Assembly: GCA_964016885.1 (NCBI GenBank)
Contig: OZ024741.1
Coordinates: 102,300,001 to 102,364,000 of the forward strand
From: Eledone cirrhosa
Taxonomy: Eukaryota
Length of the DNA: 64,000 nt
Direction: 5' to 3'
How positions within the stretch are numbered: the stretch's first letter is position 1; each line of letters opens with the position of its first letter. Shown here piece by piece: positions 22,463 to 37,788 of the stretch. The notes under the pieces are model-generated. The model made no database searches and was not told where the DNA came from. It saw only the letters and a program-made list of their open reading frames with translations. A program made the translations under genes and the position numbers.

Positions 22463-24215
22463 TTATTTCATACTGCGCTATTGTCCTAATGCAGTTCATC
22501 AAAGACAGTTCAGAGAGAACAAAAAAACAAAACAAAATGAAAAAACCCGAACTCCCTCTGATGAAATCTATTAGAAAGATAACACAACGTGAAATAATGA
22601 ATTATACAATAATGCAGATTTCACCGGATCTAGGGTCGGTCTGAAAAAAAAGAAAAAAAGAAAAAATTTATATTCAAAGGGGCAGGAGTTTTGGTACGGC
22701 GGAGGTGAGATTTGCAACAGAAAAGGAAGCAAGATCTCACTCTCTAAAGCCTCTGAAATGTGAAGAAATCCCTCTCGTTCATTAACACTGCGACCAGAGA
22801 TTGGCCAGGATTCCAACAGGTGCCACCTGAAATAGTCATTCCTTCGCCGATACTTGCATTTCTTCCATATCGTGTTATTTCCTTTCATACTGTTTGTGTA
22901 CGCAGTGGCACAAGTTGTTAGTATGTCAGTGTGTGCGAACGCGTGCACAAAGGTCTACTCTTGTATAATTGTGTTCATGACCGTTTCTCTTACACATCAG
23001 CGAGCGCACACGGACGCTTGTTTTGTTTGCTTGATACGGAGTATCAAAAGACATCCATACTTGTATATATTTGTGCACCGTGATACGCATGCAGATATAC
23101 ATATATATACGGGTTCTTATGGGAGCATTGGGAGGTGTTATATGACTCCGCTCCGACGTCTATGTCAGCTGTCGTTGTCCTTGGTGCGTGGCATCCTAGA
23201 GACCTATGGATTATTCAGGCAGATTTCCTCCATATTTCATTTCATATTGAATTCACTCCGGTCTAAAATACCCGCAGTCCTTGTGTGATCGTGTGCATGT
23301 ATGTGCATGTGTGCGTGCTGCGAGTGTGCTGGGAGTGGGTGTAATGCGAGCGTCTAAATATTTCTTACGTTTATTCTCTAAATATTATTTTAGGTTATAA
23401 TTTTAGGTTACTGTATTGTCGATTATCATTGAGTTTAATATTTTATATTTTATATTTATATTATTATATAAATTATTATATACATTGTAATATTTCATAT
23501 TTAATGATTGTTTCCCAAATTCCATGTCCATATTTTCAACCTAAATTTTCAAATAGATTGATACTTGCTGTTAATTAACTTAAGAAACGTTATGGTTGGT
23601 AGCCTGATGCCAGGAAACCCAATCACATACAACAGTCGGGCTGACACTCCTCGAAAGATAAGAATGTGGTTGGACACAAATTTGGTGGTTGTTGCAATTA
23701 CAGCAAAGAGGAATCCTCGTGCTTAGAAGACTGATAAAGAACAAATGGTTAAGGTGGGGGAAGCACCTACCGGTAACAACATCAATCAACTTCAACATCA
23801 GGGAAAGTAGATATGGTGATAACGAGTGGTAAAAATATACCCTCTTCTTAACCACGCCTACCAACACAGTTTAAAATTAACTTGAACTATAGACTCATAT
23901 TGAATAGCAACATCAAACGAAGGTCTGTATTCATATCAATACATTACAGTGCCTTACAACTGGATTACCTAATGGGCCATCTCAAGACGTCGTAACATGG
24001 ATAACAAGGTATCGTGACGTAACCATTTCACCACAGAAATCCGTATTACGGCTAACTGCGTAATTAAAGACACTATGAAATAGAGCCTTCGTATTGTATT
24101 ACTCAAATAAATATCACAATAAACAATCAATTGATATCTTATGCGATCGGTGAAACGTGCATAAAATTAATGAATTCTTATAAATCCACCTGTATCCTTG
24201 GTTCATTATTTACAG

Positions 24216-24405
24216 GGTGGTGGATTGGTAGTATCGGTAGAGGGTCGGACGTCACGCTTTGACGCATAGAGTTACGGCCCTTTCCATTCTGAGTTCAAAT
24301 CCCGCCGAGGTCAACTTTTCCTTTCATCCTTACGGGGACGATAAAATAAGGTACCAGTAACGTACTGGTTAATTGCTGGCCTTGTGCCAAAACGTAGAAA
24401 TAATT
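24216..24405 (+). mobile_element. tRNA-derived SINE (family A)
   Basis: A-box-like tggtagtatcggt, B-box gagttcaaatcc, conserved body ctttcatccttacgggg..gataaaataa.gtaccagt. At least 8 copies in the window. Confidence 0.85.
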
Positions 24406-24416
24406 ATTTCCTACCC

Positions 24417-24465
<49 letters not shown>

Positions 24466-24849
24466 GGAGGGAAGAGAGTGAGATTGATAGATTGATAGAA
24501 GGAGAGAGAGAAGGGGAGAGGGAGAGAGATAAATTATCATATTTTTATACAGACACATGGGCATATATACACACATATATAGTGGAATCTTTCAATCCCG
24601 TCCACATACCTATATTTATCGGTAAACACAGACACCCCATATTAGCCACTTAGTGCCAGTCACAAATGTAAAGAAAAAACACGATAACAAGACATGGTTC
24701 CTTTAATTAGCCGTTTTTTTTAGCAAGTCTCCCATTAACAGTTTTCTGTAGAATGGAAAATATGACGCATTAATAAATACATATGCTGTAGTTTTGTTAG
24801 TTATTTTATTGTCTTATGAATTTCAAAGTTTTTTCTTATCACTATTCCC

Positions 24850-24900
<51 letters not shown>

Positions 24901-24974
24901 CTTATATACATGATATATATATATATATATATATATATTCAGAAACGATATATATATATATATACGTATACATA

Positions 24975-25121
<147 letters not shown>

Positions 25122-25222
25122 GAATAATCGAGTATCGAAAAATATAGTAGAATAATCGAGTATACATATATATATATACATTTTTTTATATATGTGTGTA
25201 TATACATACATTATATATATAT

Positions 25223-25279
<57 letters not shown>

Positions 25280-25819
25280 TATGTGTATCGATCGAGGATT
25301 TATTATTCTCATTATTTTTCGTGATTGATATTTCGTGTAGGAAAACAATAGGATACAATACACCACTATACAATACAATACGTAAAATATATATTAATAC
25401 AAATATAACATTTTAGCTATTTATACGATAGGGGATGGAATATTATTTATATCTTTGTGCATATGACTGTATATATGTGTGTGAGGAGGTTTTGTGTTTA
25501 CTTATCTGTCTGCCTGTGTATGTGAGTACCAGTGTATGTGGAGTCTCTATGTGTATCAGTGTGTGGGACGTATGTGTGTGTCTATGTTGTGTATATGCGT
25601 GTGTATTCCAGTTTGTTTGCCTTAGTGTATGTGTATGTATGTGCGAGTGTGTGCTCGTGTGTTTATAGCTGTTGTGTTTATTTGATATTGTGGGCCGCTT
25701 ACAATAGTTGGAAACAAATTGGCTGACCACTAAGAATACATTGATTGACTGTTTGTTGACTTATTAGAACCGTAACTCAAAAGACGGTGGATCAATACGT
25801 ATAGATAGAGAGGCCCTGA

Positions 25820-26320
25820 ATGCAGTATGGCTGAATGGTTTAGAAATTTGCTTCGCAATCATTAAGTCTCTGTTTCAATCCCACTGTATGACATCTTCAG
25901 CAAGTATTATTTAAAAATACGACCCAAGCCTTGTCAGTGAAACTGGGTACACGGAGATTGTTTGGCAGCCTGTCGGATGGATTGTACCTGTAACTCAAAG
26001 GAGCAGCCTTGTCACATATCTCTCGCTGGATCCCCTTGAGAATTTTATTATAGGTACTCGTGGCTATGAAATGCTCAGCTCCTTTCACGAGTTAGCTGTT
26101 GATGGAACAAAGATGAGCACTCATCGTCGAACCAGCAGAGTTTCATCGTCATTGTCTCAGGGAGGTCAATATTTGCCCATGTATTCGTTAGTCGAGGAAG
26201 GCGCGCATCCCACTTGTTAGGGTGTTGGGCCTACGATCGTAAGGGTGTTGGTTTGATTCCCAGGCCGGGTGGCGCGTTGTGTCCTTGAACAAGTCAGTTT
26301 ATTTTACGTGACTCAAGCCG
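25820..26320 (+). mobile_element. Two diverged tRNA-derived SINE remnants
   Basis: tggctgaatggt...gtttcaatccca, and ggtttgattcccagg...gtgtccttgaacaag. Confidence 0.5.
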
Positions 26321-26722
26321 ACTGCGCATTCAAAAGAGATATGCAGACTTAACTTAGTTCTCAAGGGGATTCAGCATGCCACTGTGTGTGACATGGCTGG
26401 TTCATTTAATTACATGTATAATTCCATTTTGATAAGTGTGTTTATAGACATTTAATGTTTTATAGTATAATTCTTTAGTCGTAAGTCATTGGTGCATTAG
26501 CAGAGCTATGATGATAGACATTCTAGTAATGATAACGACACCGTTATTTCAGGCCATACATTTACGACTATGTTATCTAATGAGTACTATCTTTGTCTAG
26601 CTCGAAGATATTTAGCATGCGAAGCTTTTGTGAATATATATCCCAGAAAGGATCGCAAAATGATAATTTTTTTAATATAAGGAACCTGTTCTTTGTTTTT
26701 ATTTCATTGTTTTTATTAATTT

Positions 26723-26774
<52 letters not shown>

Positions 26775-27984
26775 CGCTGAGTGTATCTAACAAATTTGAA
26801 ACATCCTTTTCATTTCATCGAATTTATAATGAGGTATACTCCACCTCCAACTAATATTTGTATTATTATATATATTTGCATTTCTTATACAAGTGTCAGG
26901 TTTTGACCCAAAAGTTCAGTCGAACTACTAAGTAGTTCCATTGACGCCATAAGTAGTGTCACAGAAACCTATTAGTCGATATCAATCACTCTGGGGGAAA
27001 CTATGGTTTGTAAACATAAGCCATAGGTACAAATATATCATATGGTCTTTTGACATAAATTATAGTTATCCGAAAGTCATTTTACTTTTACAAAAATGCA
27101 AATTCAAGCCAATCATGTGTCAAGTTTCTTGATATGATAATTTTCAAGCTGGAATTATATCTCTGTGTCTCTTGACAGCCTTCCAGATTTATAAAATATC
27201 AACTCAAAGTATGTTAAGATTAAAATATCTTTTACTGGTTTCCTCTTTAATTCCTAAAACTTATTCTTTTTTTAACATCCAAATCTTATAAATTACTATT
27301 TTATCTTTATTTTCTCTTTCAATTCATTAACTGGTGGTAACTTTAATTAAGTTTATCCATGATAGCGTTTATGTTTTTTTCCGAAATTTGTTCATAGTTT
27401 CTACGATAAATCACATATCTATTTTTAAACCAGCAAATGCCATATCTTGATATCACTAAGACGTAAATTCTAAGTCAATTTGTAACTAGACTTTCTTGAA
27501 TTTTGATAGGAACTATGAGTTAGTAAAAAAATAATTGATGTCAATTGCAAGAATACTGGGCATTTAATAGATATTTTTGTTACCTTACAACATTACTTCA
27601 AGTTACACAAAGAAAAACTTAACATTAACTTATTCTCGCGAGTTACTTTCAAGAACTCCTATGTTTCATGTAACGGCTGACTAGATTTCATTTCTATGTC
27701 ATATGGATCCGTACACCAGGTTCGTTCCTTATTAATTATTCGCCACCGATTGTTTTGATATATTTTCAGTGTACAATTTTGAAGGCTTGTTATTGTTCAA
27801 TATAATTCTTAGTACTTGTGTAACAATGTTTGTATTAATTTCTTTCCTTACTTTCGCGTTTATTTTCTTCACCGCTTATTCGTCACTATTATAATACACC
27901 TTTATGTTGGATATTGTATTGAAAAAACTCTATAATGTATTTCCATATTAAGTTTTGAATTCAATTTTGTATTTTCTACGTTAT

Positions 27985-28560
27985 CACGCGAATGGCCCCA
28001 ATAACAGCAACGGGACTAACCTCTGCTCAGTTAATTTCCCAAATCCGTATTATTTGGAATTTAAGTAGCTGAAATTTATCTTCCATCCCATCTTCCTTCT
28101 CACCAAGCCTGTCTTCTCTTGGCACTTCTATGTCAATCAAGAGACAGTGCATTCTTTCTTCATCTACTAGTATTAGATCAAGCCTTCTTGTTCTGATTCT
28201 ATCATCACATTGGACACTGAAGTCCTTCAGAAGCTTCACCTTTCATTTTTCAGCACTTCCATAGGCTTATATTCGTACCGTTTCTCAGACTTATCCAGTT
28301 CAAACTTTCCACGCAATTTCCCACGTAATACACGCGCAACATTGTCTTGCTTCATTTTGTACACCTGTACACAAATGGTGCATACACTAACTATGCAGGT
28401 CTCAGTCACTCCGGTTACACTACTACACAATCTGTACAATGAAGATTTTCTTGTGTGGTCAATATTGGATTTCACATAATTAGTTTTCAATCTCTGTTTA
28501 TGGGTTTCACAGATCAAGGTCTCTATTCTAATTTTGAAATCAGTTTTCTTCATCCAGGCC
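27985..28560 (-). mobile_element. Old R4/Dong-type 3' fragment
   Basis: DFSVQCDDRIRTRRLDLILVD...CLLIDIEVP...EKE...KFQLLK, homologous to 14100-14700. Confidence 0.75.
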
Positions 28561-28639
28561 CATGCATCTTCTCTGTCAATTCTCTCTCATCCAAACCTGG
28601 TGATTTGTTCCTCGGACAGTCAGCTATTGCTTCTTGTAT

Positions 28640-28870
28640 GTCACGGGTTGTTATTAATCTTAAACGGCACTGGCAGCAAAAGGCGCGTCAGGCCGTTGAA
28701 GTAGGCAGTGAAGTCCATCTTGCGATCCGGTTTGTCGCTGGTCCCGAACAGTTGAGTGAAATGCTGTTGAAAGGCCGCATACATCTACTCAGAGTCGAGT
28801 AGAAAGAATCCGTATTGATAAGCAAAAGAGCGGATAGTGACTTTGTTGTCAGGTTGTGCCTCCGCCACTT
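28640..28870 (-). mobile_element. Tx1 ORF2 fragment
   Basis: Aligns by eye with 9940-10160 (cccgaaca...aaaggcc...caggttgtgcctccgccac). Confidence 0.6.
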
Positions 28871-28974
28871 GGACTAATAATAATGATATTATAGGTATTA
28901 TAATTATTAAAATAAAGAAAGCATTATTGAAAGTTTGCACAGTAAGTATGATAATTAATGAATCTTCCTTAATA

Positions 28975-29163
28975 ATTGTTTCTACTTATGGCACCAGGCC
29001 AGCAATTATCCCAGTGCATTACTGGTACTTTATTTTATCGACCCCGTAAGGATGAAAGGCAAAGTTAACCTCGGCGGGATTTGAACTCAGATCATAAAGG
29101 GAGGTAACTCTATGCTTCAAAGCATGGCGCCCGACCCTCTATCGATACTGCCAATCCACCGCC
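28975..29163 (-). mobile_element. SINE family A with a 15-bp target-site duplication; partial copy follows at 29190-29320
   Basis: Reverse complement of the family consensus; atcttccttaataat on both sides (28961 and 29166). Confidence 0.85.
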
Positions 29164-29827
29164 CTATCTTCCTTAATAATGATTCTTTCTAGCATTGGCA
29201 CAAGGCCAGAAATTTGGGGGATGGGGAAGGATAAAGTTGATTATATCAACCCTAGTACTGAACTGGTATTTAATTTTTTGATCGCCGAAAGATGAAAGTC
29301 AAAGTTGACCTCAGAGCGTAGAAATGCTTTACGGGAAAATAAAGACTTTGGAGACAATAAAAGGACCAAAAGCAACGCAACACAGCAAAGGGTGGAGTAT
29401 ATATTGAGTAAATGGAAGGGATCATCAATAAAGGGAAAAAACATAAAACTAAATATTGTTACAAGTATATAGAAGTAGAAATACATCCATATAGATTAGA
29501 GACATCTATATATATAATTACATATGTATATACTCATATACATACGTTCATACACATACGCTCTTACACACATACTTTCATACACATGGGCTTATACACA
29601 CACGAGCATACACATACATATTGATACATACACAGTTTCACACACATATGTTCATACACACTAACTTCCACACACATACATACACAAACAAGCGCATTAT
29701 TGTAAACACGCCAATCACGCAGAGAAAGCAAAATCCGAAAATATATCATAGAATGTAAATAAACAAAAGGATTCCGTAAAGCTTAATATTGAATGAAGTA
29801 ACGAACCATACACACACACACATATAT

Positions 29828-30240
<413 letters not shown>

Positions 30241-31524
30241 TCTGTAAATATTGACATTTAAGTGTGTAATCATAGGTGTGTCTGTACTCCTGTACATCAG
30301 GTTACTACACGTATGGAGTCAGCTTTCTCAAGCCAACTCTATTTATAACACCTCACCTAAACAGGCATATATAATTTGTCGAATGCACCAATAAGATATA
30401 ATCATAGAAACGCTCACACATATATATACATCCGTAATATTTCTTACTTAACCAACAAGGACTTTGTTAACTTAATGATACACTAACTAGTACACCGAAA
30501 TTAGTAGAATAATTAATGAAGTAATATGCAGTGATTTCCTCGGAGAAATCATGAACCAAAATGAATTTTTCTGTTTTAGGAGTGACATTGAAATAAGCGG
30601 ACATTAATAATCTAAGAATTGCGTTATTTTGGAAACATGAGTTGAGCTTGGAGGTTTTTTACGTGGAGGAATGTGTACACCACCGGAGTTTACTGATTTA
30701 AAGCACCACCCCTTGGTCTGGACTGAACATCGTCTTGCACCGGAAACGTTCCTCTCCAAGGTTCAAGCTTGGGTAATGAGATTTTGTGGAAGACAAGTAG
30801 TCACCCAAGCATACTTATGTCTCCTCTCCTGACGACTAATGTTGACGAGATGGATGGAAGCCAAAAATAATTCACTTCGACGGGATTTGAACCCATAGCG
30901 CAGAGAGTTGGAATCATGGCGATTAAACCATTCTATTCAACATTGAAAATTCGACACTTGTATACCATATATCATATAAACGACATACGTTTATTTTTAC
31001 GAAACACAAATACACATACACACACACGCACACACACATGCGCACCCCCCCCCCCCCCACACATACATATACATACACACACAAGCATAAGCTAATTCTC
31101 CCACATACTACACACATCTAAGTGGCGGTAAATATTTACCATAATTCATCTGCTATTCTCTCCCGACGGCAATTATAAAAACAAAGAAAGAAACAAGCAA
31201 ATGTATTAATTCTCTAGTATTTTAAGAAAAAAAACCCTGTGATAATTAATATGTAGTCAACGGAAATATGTCCAGAAGTTGTTTGTTGTTATGTAATATG
31301 TTGTCCCAATTAGTGAAAAGAGCAAAAGGTTAAACCATCTCATTAATGAGGGAAATATTTCCCTATATTTTAAAGGAGCAGAGATTAGTAGCTAGAGTGT
31401 TCTACTCATGTTCACAACATCGTGAGTTCGATTTCTGCATCATATATATACATTATATTCTGCATTATAGTCATACATATATACATAAATATCTTCACAC
31501 AAACTTATATTATCATTATTCTTG

Positions 31525-31707
31525 TGGATTGGCAGTATCGGTAGAGGGACGGACGTCATGCTTTGACGCATAGAGTTACGGCCCTTTCCATTCTGTTTTC
31601 AAATCCCGCCGAAGTCAACTTTGCCTTTCATCCTTACGGGGTCGATAAAATAAAGTACCAGTAATGCACTGGGTAATTGCTGGCCTTGTGCCAAAAGTAG
31701 AAACAAT
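31525..31707 (+). mobile_element. SINE family A
   Basis: Near identical to 24216-24405. Confidence 0.85.
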
Positions 31708-33208
31708 TATCATTATTCTTGTCAGCATGCAGAAATAGAAATGGTGAATCACGTGGAAAAGCTTTAACATGTGTTCCTGATTCTTTTAACGTTGATTATG
31801 TTGATTGTACCTGTTAATACCAGTCATATACTAGGAATATTCGAATTCACTACACTCTTGGCTCGTGACCGGGTCGCAAACAGTTGGATTAAAATATTGC
31901 CCTCAAATAATTTTAAGTGAATTTAATAGCTTTTTGTGTGTCTTTGAATGGCTGAAATAATTCTTAAACAATAAACGTGTGCTTGTGGGGATGTAAAAAA
32001 AAAAAATCAACATTCGATTTTGACTTAAACGATGCGTACTTGATTAATAGAATATGCTTTTAGCATGTTGCCTCTTTACCAGAGAATCATAATTATGAGT
32101 TCTGTCTTTTATCTAATCTACGGGAAAATCAATAGTGTCACTTCAGAGTGTGTTCATCTCGTTATTAGCTTAATAGCTAAGTGGTACCCATAAAGCAAAG
32201 TGACAACAGGCAACAGGTTCTTAATAACACAACAACAGATGCATTAACTACAACAAAAATTATTACAGCAGCTACGATGACAGAAATCTATATTATATGA
32301 TAGTAACGGTATATCCTATTTATTCTGACACAAACGAACGCTCCGTTCTAACAAAATGTTCTATTTTTTAAAATTAGAATTCATAGAACACAAATGTAAA
32401 AGAAAAAGGAGGAGACAGGACAAATATTCTAAAATATTCCCTACCAACGATATTGTGTGTTTCCCTCCTCATGTCTCTCTCAACATCTATCTACCTGTCT
32501 CTGAACAAATATGTATATAGATAGGTATGTACACACACCCACACACACACACACACATATATATATATACATGTATGTGTGTGTTGTGTGAGTGCATATG
32601 TGCGTGTGCGTGTATGTGTATGCTCACATAATCCCTAAAATAGCTTTGTTACAGTTTGGTGAAGCAGCCGAATATTAATGATTCTCTCCGTAAAACAAGT
32701 ATGGATAAAATGAAAAACAATATTCATGAGCCAAAACAAAGTCTTTATATCAAAGATATATTGAAAATCCCCCTACTTATGATAAAACCAGTTTATAATC
32801 TCTCTACATCATTTGACAATCGCTGCAAGAATCTTGATATCAATAACTCAATGTAGTCAGCACTTAGCAATGACTCAACGATATATATTTAAATTCGATG
32901 AATGTTGTAGTTGATTATAATAACCCTTTCAAGTCTAGATTTTCTATATTCTATATGGATTGGTAATTCTAATTAATTCAAGGAGTACCTGTAGGGGATT
33001 AATTTAGGGTCTATTATGTTCTCAGGACTGGTTACAGTGACATATGTCATATATTTATATACATTAAGAAAATGAGGTTTCACATTGCGGTCTTTATTGA
33101 TTAGGTTCAGTTACAAACGTTTCAGAGATGGATGGCTCAAGATCATATTAGTGTTATAGACCCGACTCCAGCCTCAATCTGCTCATTAGGCTTGTTTATT
33201 AATCAAAA

Positions 33209-33320
<112 letters not shown>

Positions 33321-33668
33321 AATGAAATGAAATTTCATTTCTCACTCTTAGTACGGCTGATTCTTAAATGTAAGTATGTATGTATGTATACGTACATACA
33401 TATATGTATACAGACGTACAGTAGTATGTATATATATACATACATGCACACATATATATATGTACGTATGGGTTTACCGAAAATTTATTATAATGTTCGG
33501 TTTGTTTGTAAACAAACAGCCCGAATTAAGCCGTACAGTGTTCGGCAACAATCGTCGACGATGGACGTCAATACTTATCTTTTTCCATTTCTCCGAGGCT
33601 TCTTAACCCCACTATCAGGCTAAATAATTTCTTTAATTTCTTTAGTCAAAATACGGCGATAGCTTATA

Positions 33669-33709
<41 letters not shown>

Positions 33710-33796
33710 GGAAAAATTTGAACAGGAACAAAACAGAGAGGCAGTACAACGAATGATTATTAATTTCACGCTCTGGAGAGTGGGGTGGTGGTGGGG

Positions 33797-33832
33797 AACG
33801 ACGTTTCGGGCATAAGCCCTTCCTCAGGTGAG
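33797..33832 (-). ncRNA. Minimal Penelope-type hammerhead motif within a (TA)n-flanked element (33708-34077)
   Basis: Minus strand CAC-CTGAGGA-A-GGGC TTAT GCCC-GAAAC-GTC-GT. Core and helix II are intact; helix I is weak. Confidence 0.7.
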
Positions 33833-34077
33833 AAGTGTGTGGGAACAGAGTTCAAAGGGTGTGTAGGGGAGTGGTGGAGAGACATATAGCGAAAGGAAAC
33901 GGTGCGAATGAAATTAAAAATAAAAGTAAAAATAAAGCATGATCAAAATACAAGGAATGAAATAAAATTAAATATAAAAGCATGGTCACTTGCACGTTAA
34001 TTTCACGACCAGGACGTTTGCTTGTTCACACAGCTAGAACACTATTCATTGAAACTAATGACGGTCCAATACTGGTG

Positions 34078-34166
<89 letters not shown>

Positions 34167-35116
34167 ATCACGGGCGCTCTATCTCAAAATTATTTTTGAA
34201 AAGCATTAGAAATGCGCAACCGGTAAAACTTAAAACCAAAACTGAATACTAACCAATACTATTACTAATTTTTACTTATTCCTAATTAAACTATTTTTCA
34301 CTGGGAACAATTTGTCAGCATTTTCTTTTCCTTTTACCAATATATATATATATATATGTAGTAAGGTTGCTTGGATGCGTCCATAGGCGGTATGCCAGTT
34401 GAACACTCTATGCTCCTTCGGGGCAGAGTACAATAATATGGAAAACGAAGAATCAGTGATGCATCGGAACACAATTTATTACGTATTACAATTGTTTCTC
34501 CGGCGAACAGCTCGAGGTGCGATCTGTGTGTATGTGTGTATGTGTGTGTGTGTGTGTTTCCCTGTAGATTTATGTGCATATGGTAGAATTTGAAATAAGC
34601 GACGCAATTACAAATGAAATAAATGATAATGATGAAAGTATAAAAAATAACTTGAAGAGTTCTTTTTGGCATATGAATATATATTGGTATTGGTATAGAA
34701 CTTTGTCCGTCTTAATAATCTAAACTGAAACAACGGCACTGTGCATGGAAACAATTAACGCTTTGAAATCCAAACAAGATATATTTAGCATATCATGCAC
34801 CTGTAAAAATAATTCCATTTTAGAAACACGCATATTATGACCAAAAAATTAAAAAAAAAACAACATGGAACAACATTTAGTTAACTTAGAAGTATTTAAT
34901 TAGAAATGATATGGTACCAATTAAAATAATAATAAAAAGAAAATCGTGGGTAAAATTTGAGAAACATGACGCAATTAAGAATGAAATCGAAAGCAAAACC
35001 GTTAACATCTAACTTATTCGTTTCGGTATTTCCGGAAAGCCAAGTTATTTTTTTACATTACTCATTAGTACTGATCTCATATTTTACTACGCACATTTAT
35101 ATTTATATTAAAGACG

Positions 35117-35260
35117 AAGAGTCGTTATGGAGTTCGACAGAATGCTTTGCAGTATTCAGTATTCATTCCAGCTCTCTCAGGTTTGAGTTCAAATTTCGCC
35201 GAAGCCAACTTTACCTGCCATCGTTTCGAGGTCGATAAATGAAGTACCAATCAAGCAATG
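35117..35260 (+). mobile_element. Diverged SINE family A
   Basis: tgagttcaaatttcgccgaagccaac...gtcgataaatgaagtacca. Confidence 0.6.
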
Positions 35261-36988
35261 GGCTAAATTTCCCCCTCACTCTCTTTCTCAATGTCTCTCG
35301 CTGAATAGGCTATGGAACGGAGAGAAGAAAGGGTCGTTCACACCGTGACGCTAACAATAAAATTTAGTTCTATTTTAAAAACACGTAGATTTCATAAGAA
35401 AAACCTACAACAGTATTTAGGTAACTTAGAAGTATTTAATTAAAACCAAAATGGTACTAATTAAAATAATGTTTCACATTCCACACTTAGCAGTTTGTAC
35501 GACTATATTAAGGCACCCTTGCTGGTCCACACATGATCCCACCCCTTCACCAAGCAACCATATTGAATCACCCTCGCTGGCTCGCACGGATCCCCCGTTC
35601 ACCAACGAAGACTTGTTAATATTAGAAAGAAGAAGAATTATAGTTGTTGAATAAAAGCTATTTTAAATTATTTTCTATCTATTGCTTTTATGCATTTTCG
35701 TTTTCAACTTTCTATTTTCAGAAAATATAATGATGTGACTACATTATAGTATGTTGTATATAATTAAATACTGCATTTACTTGAAAACATGCAAAGAAAT
35801 TGACTATATCAGGCAGATTTTTAGAAAATAAAAATCAGGAATAAAAATCAGGAATAAAATATAGAGTGAAATAAATACGGATGTATTCGAGCAATTTGAT
35901 GTCATGTAATGTAAAGTTTCAATTCCTGTATGGACATTGCAATTTATAAACATGTAATATAGCAAGAATCTTGATAATCTGTTTTACTGAAGCTTAAAGA
36001 TGGTAGGTGTTTATTTCCCATAGCGTTAACCGCGTCATCAAATCTTTCAGGTACACTTATCTTATGACTCCCTTTTTTTTTAAATAAAAAAAAATACGAG
36101 GCATAAGCAAAAGTAAACGGAAAATAAAAGACATGGTCACATAAACACATATACGCACTCATACAAACAAACTCGCGCGCACTTACATGCACACGCACCT
36201 ATTAGAAAGACATTCAAGTATTATAAATACAACTAAACAAATAAAGAAAAAAATATAAAAGAATATATATATATATGTGTATATTTTTTTTGCTATTAGA
36301 ATTAATCCATAGATTCAATCCTATATCTCATCGCTATAACTGTTTTAAATAATTAACTATTAATGAGCACTATATATTACATTATATTCAACACTCTAAC
36401 AAAACTTTAACAAACATGCATTTAAACCTATTAAGAAAACAAGATTATTAATGAGATTTCTTATTCGAAAATAAAATTCCCTACAAGTAAAACTTCATTC
36501 TGACCACTCTAACACAATAGAATACTTACACAAATTTTATTATTTTCTTACCTATATATATATAATTTTTTATTTAAATTTTACTTTTCTTTGGTTCCAT
36601 CTATATTCCTCTACTTGTTCTATTTTTAGAACAAATTATTCCTCTTGAACAAAGAAATAACAAATATTTAGGATTGTTCTATAATATTCTACTAGATAAA
36701 ACACACTGATATCTGCACCCCTTTTCCTCCAGCTTTAATCTTCCTTGACCGTCCACACTTTTCTATACAATCTGTTTAAATTCCTTTACACTCGCAACTT
36801 TTTTTTCTTTTCTTAAAGGACATTCGATACCTCATCCCTTGACTGCTAATTTATTCATCTACTACTACCAGCTTAATGATCTATATTGCCCCTTCCTATT
36901 TTTACTATTGGTCAATCTCAACCTCGTTCTTAAAAGGTTATTCATACATGTTTTTATATTCTTCAATAAATAAAACTCATTATTTCTG

Positions 36989-37300
36989 GAGGTTGACTTT
37001 GCCTTTCATCCTTACGGGGTCGATAAAATAAAGTACCAGTAATATACTGGGTAATTGCTGGCCTTGTGCCTAACGTAGAAACAATTATTTCTGGCAGTGT
37101 GCCAAAAGTAGAAACAATTATTTCTGGCAGTATAGGTAGAGGGTCGGACGTCATGCTTTGACGCATAGAGTTACAGCCCTTTCCATTCTGAGTTCAAATC
37201 CCGCCGAGGTCAACTTTGCCTTTCATCCTTACGAGGTCGATAAAATAAAGTACCAGTAATGTACTGATAAATTGCTGGCCTTGCGCCAAAAGTAGAAACA
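36989..37300 (+). mobile_element. SINE family A, partial plus near-full tandem copies
   Basis: Body repeated at 36990-37090 and 37125-37300, bounded by repeats of attatttctg. Confidence 0.85.
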
Positions 37301-37437
37301 ATTATTTCTGAAGACGGCGGGTAGGGAAGACGTATGTATATTCTCTTGATAATTTGTAATATATTTTACATAGATCACTAATAGAATGAACATACGGAGG
37401 ACTACCTCCAGGAAAGGATCGTAAAATAATGGGTTTT
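37301..37437 (+). ncRNA. Type-I hammerhead motif with a ~95-nt helix-II insertion
   Basis: ATTATTT-CTGAAGA-(~97 nt)-GAAA-GGATC-GTA-AAATAAT. Same family as 62857-62994. Confidence 0.65.
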
Positions 37438-37744
37438 ACTATGAATTACCCGTATTTTGTTTAATTTCATTCTTTTCACTATTTGTATTATATATATATA
37501 TATAGTTTTGCGAGGTTTTTGATATGAAATCGTGTATCGAAACAAATATTGTTATACTTGGGGAGGGTCATATTTGTGTAATATTGCCAGAATTAATAAC
37601 AGAACACACTCAGTTTGGTTGGTTTTCGCTTCTGTGTCTTTTATATCGGTTAATTTAATTTATTCGGTCCTCAATGTTGTCATTGACTGACCAACGGTCA
37701 AAAATACAGATACAATATAGACACAAACACATATATATATAGTC

Positions 37745-37788
37745 TATCAAAGTTCTTTCGTTGCACATCTGCAACATCGTCAGTGGTG
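37745..37788 (-). ncRNA. Hammerhead motif in a PLE-like repeat (37505-37883; second copy 61632-61915)
   Basis: CACCA-CTGACGA-T-GTTGCA GATG TGCAAC-GAAA-GAAC-TT-TGATA. An adjacent 30-bp fold-back lies at 37794-37882. Confidence 0.7.

Noticed and set aside
24216-24310. tRNA-like A/B boxes
   Set aside because: Heads of multicopy SINEs; no full cloverleaf.
27400-27800. Possible Tc1/mariner transposase remnant
   Set aside because: Only a weak partial motif; no open frame or terminal inverted repeats.
34470-34525. Isolated HHR 3' halves (also 18735-18765 and 24150-24165)
   Set aside because: No matching CUGANGA half could be found; treated as truncated PLE ends, not ribozymes.
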